Position numbers and translations under genes: made by a program
The notes under the pieces: model-generated
Databases searched by the model: none
What the model saw: only the letters and a program-made list of their open reading frames with translations
Told to the model about the DNA's origin: nothing
From: Mobula hypostoma
Taxonomy: Eukaryota
Direction: 5' to 3'
DNA: 64,000 nt
Assembly (NCBI RefSeq): GCF_963921235.1
Contig: NC_086097.1
Coordinates: forward strand, 244,220,001-244,284,000
Shown: positions 1-13,950 of the stretch, piece by piece
Layout: each line of letters begins with the position of its first letter
How positions within the stretch are numbered: position 1 is the first letter of the stretch

Positions 1-689
1 AGCCAAATATGAATCCATCCTACCTACACAATGGTCCATATCCCTCCATCTTTCTCACATTCATGTGCCTACCTCAACATCTCTTAAAAGCTTCTCACGG
101 ATTTGCCACTGCCACCATACCAGGCATCACATTCCAGGCATCCATGACTCTCTGAGTAAAAAACTTACCCCTCACGTCCCCTTTGAATCTATCCCCTCTC
201 ATCTTCAATGCATGCCCTCTGGTATTGGACATCGCTACCCTGGGAAGCAGATATACACTGTTAACTCTAGCTGTGCCTCTCATACTCTTGTAAACCTCCA
301 TCAGGTCTCTCCTCAGCCTCTGTCACTCCAGAGAAAACAACCCGTTTACCCAGCCTCTCCTGATAGCACATCCCCTCTAAACCAGGCAGCATCCTGGTAA
401 ACCTCTTCTGCAACCTCCCCAAAGCCTCAACATCCTTCCTATTGTGTGGTGACTTCAACGGTATGCAATATTCTAGATGTGGCCTAACCAGAGATTTATA
501 AAGTTGCAACATAACCTCTTGACCTTTGAACTCAATGCCTCGACTATTAAAAGCAAGCATTCCATAAGCCTTCTTAATTACCTTATTGACCTGTATAGCC
601 TCTTTCAAGGAGTTATGAACTTGGATCCCAAGATCTCTCTGCTCGGCAATACTGTTAAGGACCTTGCCCTTAATAGTGTACTGTCTAGA

Positions 690-815
690 TAGATAGAAAA
701 CCTTCAGCACAATACAGGCCCTTCGGCCCACAAAGCTGTGCCGAACATGTCCTTACCTTAGAAATTACTTAAGGTTACCCATAGCCTTCTTATTTTCTAA
801 GCTCAATGTACCAAA
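690..815 (-). mobile_element. CR1 3'-tail fragment nested in the older CR1
   Basis: Same tail as 19944 ff. (ATAGAAAACC.CAGCACAATACAGGCCCTTCGGCCCAC). It is flanked by GTCT and the host CR1 resumes after it. Confidence 0.75.
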
Positions 816-2065
816 GTCTCCTTGCTTTTGCCCCACCGAAGTGCATCATCTCACATTTATCTTGGTTAAACTCCATCTGCAATTTCTCTGCCCATACCTG
901 CGACTGATATATATATCGCGCTGTATTCTTTGCCAGTCTTCTACCAATCTTGCTATCATCTGCACATTACTAACCCACCCATCTACATTTTCATCCAGGT
1001 CATTTATATACATCACAAACAGCACAGATGCTTGCAGAGCACCACGGATTACAGACCTCCAGTCCAGTTTGAATAAGTCCCTTCAACCTCTATCCTCCGT
1101 CTTTCATGGGCAAGCCAGTTCTGAATCCAAACAACCAATTCATCACGGACCCCATGCATCTTAATCTCCTAGATTAACCTCCTTTGAGGGACTTTGTCAA
1201 GCACCTTACTAAAATCCTTGTAGACAACATCCACCGCCTTACCTTCATCAATCTCTCTCATCACCTTGTCAAAAAACTCAATTAAGTTTGTAATACATGA
1301 CCTGACCCACACACAGCCATGTTGGCTCTCTCTAGTTAGGCAATGGATTTCCACATGCTCATGTATCCAACCCCTAAGAATTTTCTCCCACAATTTCCCT
1401 ACGGCTGACGTGAGACTCGCCATTCTATAGTTCCCAGGTCTTTCCCTTGTTCCCTTCTTAAATAGAGGTACAACATTAGCCACTCGCCAGTCTTCCAAGA
1501 CCTTGCCTGTGGTTAAAGAGATTCATCAAGGGCCCAGCAACCTCATCTCTTGCTTCCTTCAATAACTCGGGATAATTCCCATCAGGCCCTGGAGACTTAT
1601 CCACCTTTTAGGAGGCCCAACACTTTCTCTTCCTTGACCTCTAAAAGCCCTAACATATTTACTCAGCCCTATACACTCAGCACTGAACTCCTGGTCCTCC
1701 ATATCCTTTTCCTTGGTAAATACAGAAGCAAAGTACTCATTAAGTATCTCACTTCCGATCTCTGCATTCAAGCAAATGTTCCCCCCGTTTATCCTTGAGT
1801 GTTTCCAACCTCTCCATCATTATCCTCTTGCTCATGATGCATGTATAGAATGTTTTGCGATTCACCTTAATCTTACTTGCCAAACACTTTTCATAGTCCC
1901 TCGTGGGTTTCCTAAATAACTTCTTTAGATCTTTTCTGGCTCCTTTATACTCCTCATGTGTTTCGTTTGATCCTAACCTCTGAAGTCTTACATCTCCTTT
2001 TTCCTCTTGACTAAATTTATCATCTCCCTGGACAACCAAGGTTCTCTTATCTTTCCATCCCCGTC

Positions 2066-2152
2066 CTTCTAACAGGAACATTGTACTCTGTGCAATTGAT
2101 CTTTAAACACTTCTAACAGGAACATTGTACTCTGTGCAATTGATCTTAAACA
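2066..2152. repeat. Tandem duplication of about 44 bp
   Basis: CTTCTAACAGGAACATTGTACTCTGTGCAATTGATCTT(T)AAACA occurs twice head to tail. Confidence 0.95.
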
Positions 2153-4555
2153 CTCTCCACATCTTGGTGTGGATTTGCCAGAAAAAAGGAGTTCCCAATT
2201 AACTCTTCTTCGTTCCTGTCTAATGTCCTCGTAATTTGCCCTACTCCAATTTAAATCTCTCCCACAAGGACCACACCTATCCCTATCTACCACTATCCTG
2301 AAAGTGAAGGAGTTGTTCTCATTGTTCCCTAATCGCTCGCCCACTGTCACCTGGCCAGGGCTCATTACCCAACACCAGGTCCAGTACAGCCCTTCCCATC
2401 AATGGCCTGTCTACATATTGATTTAAGAAACCCTCCTGGATACATTCAACCAATTCTACCCCATCTAAATCCCTTGCACTAAGAAGGTCCCAGTTTATAT
2501 TCGGGAAGTTGAAATCCCCCATGACAACAGCCCTATTATTTTTACATATTTCCTTCATCTGATTACCTATCTGTTCCTCAATGTCCCAGTGGTTATTGAG
2601 GTTCTGCATAACAATCCTATCAGTGTGATTGCACCCTTCCTTTTCCTGTGTTCTACCCTAATGGACTCAGTGTCTGAACCCTGCATTATATCTCCTCTTA
2701 ATACAGCTGTGATATTGTCCCTGAATAGCAGTGCAACTCCACTCCCTCTTTTACCTCCTCCTCTATCTTTTCTAAAACTTTGAAAAACTCCCCCTCTCTC
2801 CCCCTCTCTCAACCAAGTCTTAGTAATGGCCACAACATCATAGTTCTATATATTGATCCATGCTCCAAGTCCATCACATTTACCCATAATACTCCTAGCA
2901 TTCAAACTATCTGACCCATCATACCTGTTACTTCAATTTTGCATTCCGGTCCAATCCTATCCTTACTAACCTGGTATTCCGGTTCCCAGCTCCCTGCAAA
3001 ACTAGTTTAAACTCTCCCAAGTAGCATTAGCAAACCTCGCGGCCAGATAATTGGTTCCCCTCCAGTTCAGGTGCAACCTGTCCCTCTTGTACAAGTCACC
3101 CAATCCCCGGAGAAGGTTCCAATGATCCAAGGAACCCTGTCCCCTGCACCATCTCTTTAACCACTCATTCGTCCGTGCTATCATCCCATTCCTACCTGCA
3201 CTAGCCTGTGGCACTGGGAGTAATCTGGAGATTACTACCTTGGAAGTCCTTCTCTTTAGCCTTTCCTAACTCTATATACTCACTGCGTAGCACTTCTTCC
3301 CCTTTCTGCCCATGTCATTGATGCCAATATGCACCATGACCTCTGACTGTTCCCCCTCCCCCTTGAGAATATCCTGTAGCCACACTAAAACATCATGGAC
3401 CCTAACACCGGGGAGGCAAGACACCAACCCGATGTCTCATTTGCGGCCACAGAATCTCCTTTCTGTCCCATTAACTATCAAGTCTATTATAACTAATGCA
3501 CTGCCTGTCTTAACCCTTCCCTGTTGAGCCTCAGAGCCACCAGTCTGGCTGCTGCTGCCGCGTCCCAATGGGTCATTCCTCCCCCCACCCCCCAGCTGTA
3601 TCCAAAGAGATACACTTGTTGCTGAGGGGAATGACCATAGGGGAGAGCTGCATTTCCTAATCCCCTTGCAACTCCTGATGGTCACCTATCTACTGTCTGA
3701 AGCCTGTACTCTGGGTGTGACCACCTCTTCAAAAGTCTCATCCATAATATCTTCAGCCTTCCAAATTATCCTGAATATATCCAACTCCAGCTCCAAATCC
3801 TTGACCTTGTCAGTCAAGCGCTGAAGTTCGGTGCACTTCCCACAAATGTAGCCTTCGGGGAAACGGTCAGGTATCCTGAATTCGCACATCTAACGGGAGG
3901 AGCATTCCAGCCTGACTACGCTGTACTTAAAAAAGGCTTACCTCTTCTTATCTGTGCCTCCACCTTTTCATGCTGAAGCCTGTCAAGCCAAAGCCTTCCC
4001 ATTCTATCACTGGCACACTCTGACAATGGCCGCTCCACTAGATCCTACCTTCCTTTTATTTGCAGTTGTGACTAGGTCTCTGATGCTGACACTTACCATG
4101 CCTGCATAGTCAAAAAAGACCAGCCTTACCCGAATCTTCTCCTTTAATTCTCTCTCCTCCCTCTAGACCTTCAGTAGGGCTCTGACACCAACACTCACCA
4201 TCCCTAAGCTGCCGAAAAATGTGGTACTTACAAATAGCACATACAGCACAATGACTCAACCAATATAACTACAGGTTGGAACCACGAGAATGGAGAATGC
4301 ACTGGTAAAAGATGCAATGGGGAGCACAGTGTGCTTATATTTCAACATAGTAATCATTCTTTGATCATGTAAAAATCCACGCAATGCTATTTTTGTTCAT
4401 TTATCTGGCAAGAAATGGGGAAGTGTAAGCTTGACACTAATTATATTTTTCCTGTAGGGGAGTCGGGTGAAGCAGATGTTGAATGGAGCGATGCTCGTTA
4501 TGTTTGCCACTACACAGTAATCTTTCTGTCACAATTACAGCCTCACAGTTGTTCA

Positions 4556-5080
4556 CTGTATTTATTAATTTGTTTATTTAGAGATATGGCGTGGAATAGG
4601 CCCTTCCACCCAGCAACACACCTATTTAATCTGTGACGAATCTGTGGAACTTGTTGCCACACCTGCCTGTGGAGGCCAAGTCATTGGGTATCTTTAAGAT
4701 AGAGGTTGGTAGGTTCTTGATTAGTCAGAGCATGAGGGGATACAGGAAGAAGGCAGGAGACTGAGGCTGAGAGGGAACTGGATCAGCCATGATGAAATGG
4801 CAGAGCAGACTCGATGAGCCAAATGGCCTAATTCTGCACCTATATCTTATGGTCTTATGGTCTTAACCCTAGCCTAATCACAGGACAATTTACAATGACC
4901 AATTAATGTACTAACCGCTACAACTTTGGACTATGGGAGCAAACAGGAGCACCCAGAGGAAACCCATGGGAACACAGAGAGAACATAGAAATTCCTTTCA
5001 GATGGCGCCAAAATTAAACTCTGAACTCCAACACCCAGAGCTGTAACAGCGTTGTGCTAACCACAACGCCGCGATGGTGC
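4556..5080 (-). mobile_element. tRNA-derived V-SINE/HE1-like SINE interrupted by a plus-strand CR1 3' end (about 4632-4863)
   Basis: Reverse complement matches the SINE at 60418-60724 (V-domain and AATAAATAAA tail). The insert ends in (TCTTATGG)n. Confidence 0.8.
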
Positions 5081-5296
5081 TGTATCACATGTTGAAGTTG
5101 TGGTAATTCAAATGAAGCTTGACACAATGGGTAGTTGGTGACATAGCCAAATCTGCATTTGTTTTATTTTATTCATTGACTGTAGTAGAGGTTCTCAACC
5201 AACCGAACCCAGTTTATCTGTATGTTCTTGCCTGTTGTTTGTGTAACCTTTGAGTCCATGTCCATAAATCCCTCAAGGTTGCCATGCACATTAATC

Positions 5297-6842
5297 GACC
5301 ATTATATCATAAGATATAGAAGCAGAATTAGGCCATTTGGCCCATTGAGTCTGCTCCACTATATCATCATGGCTGATCCAATATTGCTCTCAGCCCCAAT
5401 CTCCTGCCTTTTCCCTGTATCCCTTCGTGCCTTGACTAATCAAGAATCTATCAACTTCTACCTTAAATATACATAAAGATTTGGCCTCCACAGCTGCCTG
5501 TGGCAACAAATTCCACAGATTCACCACTCTCTGGCTAAATGACTTCCTCCTCATCTCCGTTCTAAAAGAACACCCCTCTGTTGAAGTTACCATAACTAAA
5601 GAGAAGGTTCTTGGGGAAAGTGAAAGGTCTGAGGGTAGATAAGTCACCTGGACTAGATGGTGTACACCTCAGAGGTCAGAAGACTGGAAAATTCCAAATG
5701 TCACTCCACTCTTCAAGAAGGGAGAGAGGCAGCAGAAAGGAAATTATAGGCCACTTAGCCTGACCTCAATTGTTGGGAAGATGTTGAAGTCGATTCTTAA
5801 GAATGAGGTCTCAGAGCACTTGGAGGCACCTGATAAAATAGGCTGTAGTCAGCATGGTTTTCTAAAGGGAATTTCTTTCCTGACAAACCTGTTGGAATTC
5901 TTTGAAGAAGTTAACAAGCAGGATAGATAAAGGCGATTCAGTTGATGTTGTGTACTTGGATTTTCAGTAGGGCTTTGACAAGGTGCCACACATAAGGCTG
6001 CTCAGGAAGCTACGAGCCCATGGTATTACAGGAAATATCCTAGCATGGATAAAGCAGTGGCTGATTGGCAGAAGGCAAAGAGTGGGAATAAATGGAGCTT
6101 TCTCTGGTTGGCTGCCAGTGACTAGTGATTTTCCCCAGGGGTCTGTATTGGGTTAATTCTTTTTAAGTTATATGTCATTGATTTGGATAATGGAATTGAT
6201 TGCCTTGTTGCAAAATTTGCAGATGATATGAAGATAGGTGAAGGGGCAGGTAGTTTTGAGGAAGTAGAGAGGTTACAGAAGGACTTAGACAGATAAGGAG
6301 AATAGGCAAAGGAATGGCAGATGGAATACAGTGTCAGGATGTGTATGGTCGTGCACTTTGGTAGAAGAAATGAAAGGATTGACTATTTTCTAAATGGAGA
6401 GAAAGTACAGAAAACTGAGGTGCAAAGGGACTTGGGAGTCCTTGTGCAGGATCCTTAAAGGTCAATTTGCAGGTTGAGTCTGTGAGAAAGGCAAATTCAA
6501 TACTAGCATTCATTCCAAGAGGACTAAAAGGATGTAATGTTGAAACTTTATAAAGCACTGGAGAGGCTTCATTTGGAGTACTGTGAGCAGGTTCTGGCTC
6601 CTTATATTAGAAAGGATGTGCTGAAACTGGAGACGATTCAAAGGATGTTCACGAAAATGATTCCAGGATTGAATGGCTTATCATATGAAGAGCGTTTGAA
6701 GGCTTGGGCCTGTATTCGCTGGAATTCAGAAGAATAAGGGGTGACCTCACTGAAACCTATCGAATGGTTTGATAGAGTGGATGTGGAGGAGATGTTTCCT
6801 ATGGTGGGACAGTCTAAGATCAGAGGATATAGCCTCAGAATA
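5297..6842. mobile_element. 5'-inverted CR1 (3' end on - at 5297-5580, RT body on + at 5581-6842)
   Basis: The plus segment ends ...GCCTCAGAATA and the minus segment begins (C)AGAGGGGTGTTC. These are contiguous in other CR1 copies in the window (e.g. about 9630-9660). Confidence 0.75.
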
Positions 6843-6845
6843 TCA

Positions 6846-9490
6846 AACCATAAGGGAGACCACAAGATATAGGAGCAGAATTAGGCCATTTTCCCCATCA
6901 ACTCTGTGCTGCTATTTCATTATGACTGATCCAATTTTCTTCTCAGCCCCAATCTCGTGCTTTTTCCCTGTATCCCTTCATGCCCTGCCCAATCAAGAAT
7001 CTATCAACCGCTGCTTTAAATATACAGAAAGACTTGGCCTCCACAGCTGTCTGTGGCAACGAATTCCACAGATTCACCACTCTCCGGCTAAAGAAATTCC
7101 TCCTCACTTCCCTTCTAAAAGGATGCCCCTCTATTCTGAAGCTGTGTCCTCTGGTCTAACACCTCATCCTTAATAATTGATGTCAACATTTTCCCAACCA
7201 CTGAGGTCAGACTAATTGGTCTATAGTTTCCTTTCTAATGCCTCTATCCCTTCTTGAAGAGTGGAGTGACATTTGCAATTTTCCAGTCTTCGAGAATCAT
7301 TCCAGAATGTAGTGATTCTTAAAAGATTATTACTAATGCCCCCACGATCTCTTCAGCCACTTCTTTCAGAACTCTGAGATGTACACCATTTGGTCCAGGT
7401 GATTTATCTACCTTCAGACCTTTCAGTTTCCCAAGAACCTTCTCTCTAGTTATGGTACACACATCATGACCCCTGACACCTGGAACTTCCATCATACTGC
7501 TAGTGTCTTCCACTCTGAAGACTGACGCAAAATACTTACTCAGTTTGTCCGCTATTTTGTCATCCCCATTACTACATCTCCATTATCATTTTCAAGCAAT
7601 TGAATATCCACTCTAAACTCTCTTTTACACTTTATGTATCTGAAGAAACTTTTGATGTCCTCTTTAGTGTTATTGCCTAGCTTACTTTCATATTCCATCT
7701 TTACCTTCTTAATAACTTCTTTAGTTGCCTTCTGTTGGTTTTTAGAAGCTTCCCAATCCACTAACATCCCACGAATCATTGCTCCATTATATGCCCTCTC
7801 TTTGGCTTTTATGTTGGTTTTGACTTCTCTTGTTAGCCACAGATGTGTCATCTTTCCTTTAGAATACTTACTCCTCTTTGGGATGTATATATCCTGTGCC
7901 TTCCAACTTGCTTCCAGAAATTTCAGCCATTGCTGCTCTGCCATCATCCCTGCCAGTGTTCTTTTACAATCAATTCTGGCCACTTCCTCTCTCATGCCTC
8001 TGTAATTCACTTTACTCCACTGTAATACAGATACATCTTCCTTCTCAAATTTCAGGGTGAATTCGATAATACTATGATCACTTGTCCCTGAGGGTTCTTT
8101 TACCTTAAGCTCTCTAATCAATTCTGGTTCATTGCACGACACCCAATCGAAAATAGTTGATTCTGGTGGGCTCAACCATGAGCTGCTCCAAAAAGCCATC
8201 TTGTAAGCACTCTAGAAACTCCCCCTCCTGTAATCCAGCACCATCCTGATTTTCCCAATCTACCTGCATATTGAAGTCCCCCATGACTATTGTAACATTG
8301 ACCTTTTGGCATGCATTTTCTGATTCTCCTTATAACTTGTAGGCCATATCCGTATTACTGTTTGGGGTTTGTATACAAATCCCTTCAGGGTTTTTTACCC
8401 TTGCAATTCCTAAGCTCTATCCACAATGATTCAACGTTTTCTCTTTATGTCACCTCTTTCTAACGATTTGATTTCATAGAAACATAGAATAGTACAGCAC
8501 AGTACAGGCCAGGCCCTTTGGCCCACAATGTTGTGCCAACCCTCAAAGCCTGCCTCCCATATAACCCCCCCCCACCTTAAATTCCTCCATATATCTGTCT
8601 AGTAGTCTCTTAAACTTCACTAGTGTATCTGCCTCCACCACTGACTCAGGCAGTAGATGTCTCCAAAGATGGAAACAGAGCGATCAAGGAAGGGGGAGAG
8701 AGGTCTTGGAAATGGACCAGATAAGTCTGAGGACAGGGTGGAAGCTGAACGCAATGTTGATGAAGCTGACGAGCTCAGCACGGGGGCAGGAAGCAGCACC
8801 AATGCAGACATTGATGTAGCATAGGAAAAGCTGGAGAGTGATGTCAGTGTAGGCTTGGAACATAGACTCTTCCACATAGTCGACAAAAAGGTGGGCGTAT
8901 CTGGGACCCATGTGAATGCCCATGGCTGTACCTTTGGTTTCCTTCCCTCAGGCTGTGAGACTACTGAACCCCCTGTCACCACCGAGCTCTGTGTGAACGT
9001 CACTAGCGTTTCAACTGTTTACTTTTTAACTTGTGTCATTAGTGTGCCCTTTGTTAAATGCCAATCTAGAACATAGAACAAGGAATAGTACAGCACAGTA
9101 CAGGTCCTTCAGCCCACAATGTTGTGCCGACTGTCAAACCCTGCCTCCCATATAAGCCCCCACCTTGGATTCCTCCATATACCTGTCTAGTAGTCTCTTA
9201 AACTTCACTAGTGTATCTGCCTCCACCACTGACTCAGGCAGTGCATTCCACGCACCAACCACTCTCTGAGTAATAAACCTTCCTCTAATATCCCCCTTGA
9301 ACTTCCCACCCCTTACCTTAAAGCCATGTCCTCTTGTATTGAGCAGTGGTGCCCTGGGGAAGAGGCGCTGGCTATCCACTCTATCTATTCCTCTTAATAT
9401 CTTGTATACCTCATTTCATTTTTTACCAGCAGAGCAAAGTGCCCCCTCTGCTTTCCTGCGGTGTCCTTTCAATACAGTGTGTATCCCTGG
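6846..9490 (-). mobile_element. Internally deleted CR1 (3' end, linker and endonuclease region) interrupted by a composite insert at 8478-9412
   Basis: ORFs 7319-7513 (KSPGPNG) and 7552-8199 (GTSDHSIIEF). Endonuclease sequence resumes at 9413. Confidence 0.8.
8655..8935 (-). mobile_element. Penelope-like element RT fragment
   Basis: ORF 8684-8923 MGIHMGPRYAHLFVDYVEE...CYINVCIG resembles PLE RT motifs GxxMG / RYIDD. Confidence 0.75.
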
Positions 9491-9900
9491 CTCTGGGTCT
9501 GTACTTGCTGGAATTCAGAGTGCTGAGGGGGGATCTCATTGAAACCTTTTGAATGTTGAAAGGCCTTCTTCAAAGTAGGTGTGGAAAGAACGTTTCCCAG
9601 GGTGGGAGAGTCTAGGACAAGAGGGCACAGCCTCAGGATAGAGAGGCACCCTTTCAAAACATAGATGTGGAGAAATTTCTTTAGCCAGCGGGTGGTGAAT
9701 TTGATGAATTTGTTGCCACGAGCAGCTGTGGAGTCCAGGTTGTTGGGTGTATTTAAGGCAAAGATCGATAGGTTCTGGATTGGACATGGCATCAAAGGTT
9801 ACGGGGAGAAGACCGGGAACTGGGGTTGAGAAGGGGGCAGAAAAGTATCAGCCATGATTGAATGGTGAAGCAGACTCACTGGGCCAGATGACCTAATTGC
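9488..9900 (+). mobile_element. CR1 3' end
   Basis: Encodes LGLYLLEFRVLRGDLIETF, followed by the typical CR1 3'UTR. Confidence 0.8.
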
Positions 9901-10654
9901 TTGACCTAACAACGTTTTGCTCAATGTCAGCAAGACCAAGGAGCTGATTATTAACAGGAGAAGGAAACTGGAGGTCCATGAGCCAATCCTCATCGGAGCA
10001 TCAGAGGAGGAGAGGGCCAACTTTAAGTTCCTTGTTGTTATTGCCTTGGAGGATCTGTCCTGGATCCAGCACATCAGTGTACTTCCTTGGGAGTTTGCAG
10101 GGGTTTGGCACGACATCTAAGAATCTGATAAATTTCTATAGATTTGTGGTAGTGACTGGCTGCATTACAGTCTGGTAAGGAAACACCAATGCCCTTGAAT
10201 GGAAAATCCTGCATAAGTAGTGGATATGGTCCAGTCAAAAATGGGTAAAGCACTCTCCACCACCGGGCACATCTACATGAAACGCTGTCACAGGAAAGCA
10301 GCGTCCAACATCAGCATGGATGATTTGCTCTGAAAGACCTTTGTCCGAATGCTTAAGCTTTCCTGCACTCCATGGGGGCCTGGACGCACAAGGTCCACAC
10401 CAGAGGGCAGCTTCGATCCAGGAGCAGTGAGCAGGCAGCCAGGCCAGCCCCACCAGTCCCCATCCGGTCTCTTCATTCCACTGATTTGACCACCACCTTT
10501 CACTCCTCACATTAGCTTCTCTTCTTTTTCCTGATTATTTCCAGCATTTTCTGTCTTTATTTCATATCTTCATTTTCTGAATTCACTGCCACCTTTTGAA
10601 TTTCCCCCCTCCCCTTCTCTCTCTTTCCATTAATTTCTCTCCCCTCCTGCTTCT

Positions 10655-12250
10655 CAAGTTCAAGTTTGTTGTCATCTGCCTGTACATATATACAAACAAT
10701 CAAAACAACATTCCTCTGGACTACAGTGCACCCGCAAAGCATCTATCACACATTACACAAAAACCAAAATAAGCGAATAAAATATAATTCAAAATGCATG
10801 TAGTAAATTTGCAGCACAGGTAAACAGTAAACAGCTTGCTGACCTTGTGACATTAGTCTCACAGCCCGAGGGAAGAAGCTGTTTCCCAGTCTGGCAGTCC
10901 TAGTCCTGATGCTCCTGTACCTCCTTCCTGATGGTAGTGGGTCAGAGATTGGAGGATGGGTGGTAGGTTTTCTCAAAAATGCTTTGGGCCCTTCATCTGC
11001 AATGCTCCTGGTAAGTGTCACAATTAGAGGGGAGAGATCCTTTTGTCAGTTTTTGCTATCCTCTGTAGGGTCTTGCAGTCTGATGCATTGCAGCCTCTGT
11101 ACTACACAATGGATAGGACATTCTCAATGGTGCTCCTGTAGAAGGTTGTTAGAATGGCGACGAGGAGCCTCGCACACCGCAATCTCCTCAGATAATGTAC
11201 ATCTTGACTAGAGTGGGAGTCTAGATGAGATCGCCCACTATGTGCACACCAAGGAACTTTGTGCTCTTCACTTTCTCCATTGAAGATGGCATTGATGTGC
11301 AGTGCAAAGTGGTTGACCTACACCTTCCTGGGGCCCACAATCAACTCTTTTGTCTTGCCCACATTGAGACTCAAGTCTCAACCATGATGGAGCTTGAGAT
11401 GTTGCTGCCGACTCAGACTGACTGGGAACTTTCCATCAAGAAGTCCAAAGTCCAGCTACAGAGAGGTGTTAGGTCCCAGTGAGGACAGTTTACCCACTAG
11501 CCTTTGAGGGATGATGGTATTATCTGCTGAGCTGAAGTCGATGAACAATATCTTGCTGTATGAGGCATTGTTTTCTAGGTGGGACAGGACTGACGGGAGG
11601 GCCGAGGCCATGTCATCATCAGTGGACTGGAATGAACGGTAGACAAACTGGAAAGGGTGACGTGTCGCTAGAAGGTGGGATTTTATATGTTTGATTACCA
11701 GCCACCTAAAGCACTTCTTGGTTGTTGAGGTCAGTGCTACTGGGTGGTAATCGTTTAGGCCAGTTACCTTTGCTCTTCCGGGTACCTCACTGATAGTGGA
11801 TGCCTTGAAGCCTGCAGGGTCAGTGAACTGTTTCAAAGAGATGTTAACGATGTCCACTAAGACCTCTGTTAGCTCTACCACACTGTCCCTCAGCACCTGA
11901 CCAGGCATGTTGTCTGCCCTGCAGCTTTGCCCGGGTTTACCCTGGCTAGGGTCCTCCTCACCTCCGCTGTGGGCAGACAGGATGCCTGTTCCTCAGGGAG
12001 AGATGGGGCTTTCCTCAATGTCACATCATTCAATGTATAAAATTGTGCATAGAAAGCGATGGCTGTCAGGGAGGGAGATGTCACTGTCATTGAAGGCAGG
12101 GTGGTTATGGTTTATATATCTTGCCGTATGTGCCACGTGTTCCTGGTGTCACAGTGGTGTATGTGAATCTTCTGTGAGTACAGTACTCTCGCTTTGGCAT
12201 GGGAGAGCACAGCTTTTGCTGACTTTATTTTTTTTGTGTGACCGTATTTT
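10655..12250 (-). mobile_element. Rex1/Babar-type LINE RT and 3' end, degenerate
   Basis: ORF 11456-11908 (LNDYHPVALTS, FQFVYRS, ILFIDFSSA), ORF 10746-11021 (LPSGRRYRSIRTRTARLGNSFFP) and an (AACTTG)n tail. Confidence 0.8.
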
Positions 12251-13299
12251 ACTGATATCTTATCTGTGCTATATATGCCTTGTGCTGTGTGTGACTGTTA
12301 GTACAATGTTCTGAACCTTGCCCCCCCCCCGCCCCCGAGTAATGCTGTTCTGGTTGGCTGTATTTATGGGTATTCATGTATGGTTGAATGACAATTAAAC
12401 TTGAACTTGGTCTGTATGCGGGAATTAGCAAAATGGATATGAGATCTCAGTATATGAGGGTGGGGGGAGCCTTTTAGGCTCCATAAAGTTCCTATAAATC
12501 AGGTCTAATACATTCCCTCTTATGGTCTCTCTGTTTCCATTAATTTCTCTCCCCTCCCCCTTCATTCCCCATTCTGGATCCCTTCTCACTCTTTTTCTTC
12601 TCTTCACCTCCCTATCCCCCCCCCCAACCCGGTTCCCCTCCTCCTTCCCTTTCTTCCATGGTCCACTCTTGAAGATTTCCAGCATCTGCAGAATCTCTTG
12701 TGTTTAAACTTTTCCAAAAATGGGCACGTTGTAGTCTATACCTCCTTTGCAATAGGATTACTGATATTCTCTCTTACGTTGTTCACCCCTCAGTCATTAA
12801 CCAACATGTTAACTGCTCTTTTTTCACAGATGCTGCTTAAGCTATGAAGCATTTCCAGCATTTTTTATGATTATGTTTCCAGTTGCCTTCTCCCAGTGAA
12901 TTCTAAATTCTTTCTTGTGCACTAGTAAATGTTGTAGCATCACAGTGTTGAGCCCTAAGATTCTAGGTTCATGTTCCAATTCAAGGACCTCAGTAGAACA
13001 TCTTGTGGCGTACTAAAGGGTGCTATGTTTCTAGAAATGTCAGCTTTATAGGGCCAAAGAGCACTATAGCACATTCGAACTTCGATGATCATCACCTTAT
13101 CGTGGTGGCAAGGATTGAGAGTTCCTGAGGTCGAGAGTGGAACAGAATAAATGGCCCAAGTGGCCTAACTCTACTCTTATGTCTTATCATCTTCTGCCAG
13201 CTTTACCATTGAGGTCTTGGTTAAATTGCTTTGCATCTGAAACCTCCTCTTCGATCTTCCTACTGTAGGCGAACCTACCAGGAGCTAATCGCCAGCTGA

Positions 13300-13950
13300 C
13301 TAAACACTGTCAGCCAATCTTCTATCCATGCTAGTATCTTTCCCATAAAATCATTGGCCCTTATCTTGTTTAGCAGCCTCATGTGTGGCACCTTATCAAA
13401 AGCTTTTTGAAAATCCAAATAAACGACATTCACTGACTCCCCTTTGTCTATCCTGCCTGTTATTTCCTCAAAGAATTCCAACAGATTTGTCAGTCACGAT
13501 TTCCCCTTTAGAAAACCATGCTGACTTTGGCCTATTTCATCATGTGCCTCCAAGTACCCTGAAATCTCACCCTTAATAAAGGACTCCAACACCTCCCCAG
13601 CCACTGAGGATAGGCTAACTGTTTTTCTATTTTTGCTGTCTCAAAAAATAGAAAGGGCCCTTCTTAAATAGTGGAGTGACATTTGCAATTTTTTAGTCCT
13701 TTGAAACCATGCCAGAATTTAGTGATACTTGAAAGATCACTACTAATACCTCCACAATCTCTTCATCTAGCTCTTTCAGAGTTCTGGGTGTATTCAATCT
13801 GTTCCAGGTGACTTAGCTACCTTCAGACCTGTCAGTTTCCCAAACATCTTCTCCTTGGTGATAGCGACTGCACTGACTTTTGCCCCCTGACACTCGAATT
13901 TCTGGTATACTGCTGGAGTCTTCCCCTGTGAAGACTGAGTTGATCTGCCA
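13300..13950 (-). mobile_element. CR1 RT fragment
   Basis: ORF 13275-13481 VVYLDFQKAFDKVPH. Confidence 0.8.

Larger units (their letters stand above)
1..4230 (-). mobile_element. Near-full-length degenerate CR1 LINE (5'UTR, ORF1 zinc finger/leucine zipper plus SGNH esterase, ORF2 APE endonuclease plus RT)
   Basis: Collinear minus-strand ORF fragments: 3686-3889 (YICGKC plus coiled coil), 3002-3214 (esterase, DRLHLNWRG), 2319-2609 (VMGDFNFPNINW), 1169-1498 (WRVANVVPLFKKG, QHG) and 267-731 (LVRPHLEYC). Many frameshifts. The 3' end runs off the window start. Confidence 0.9.
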
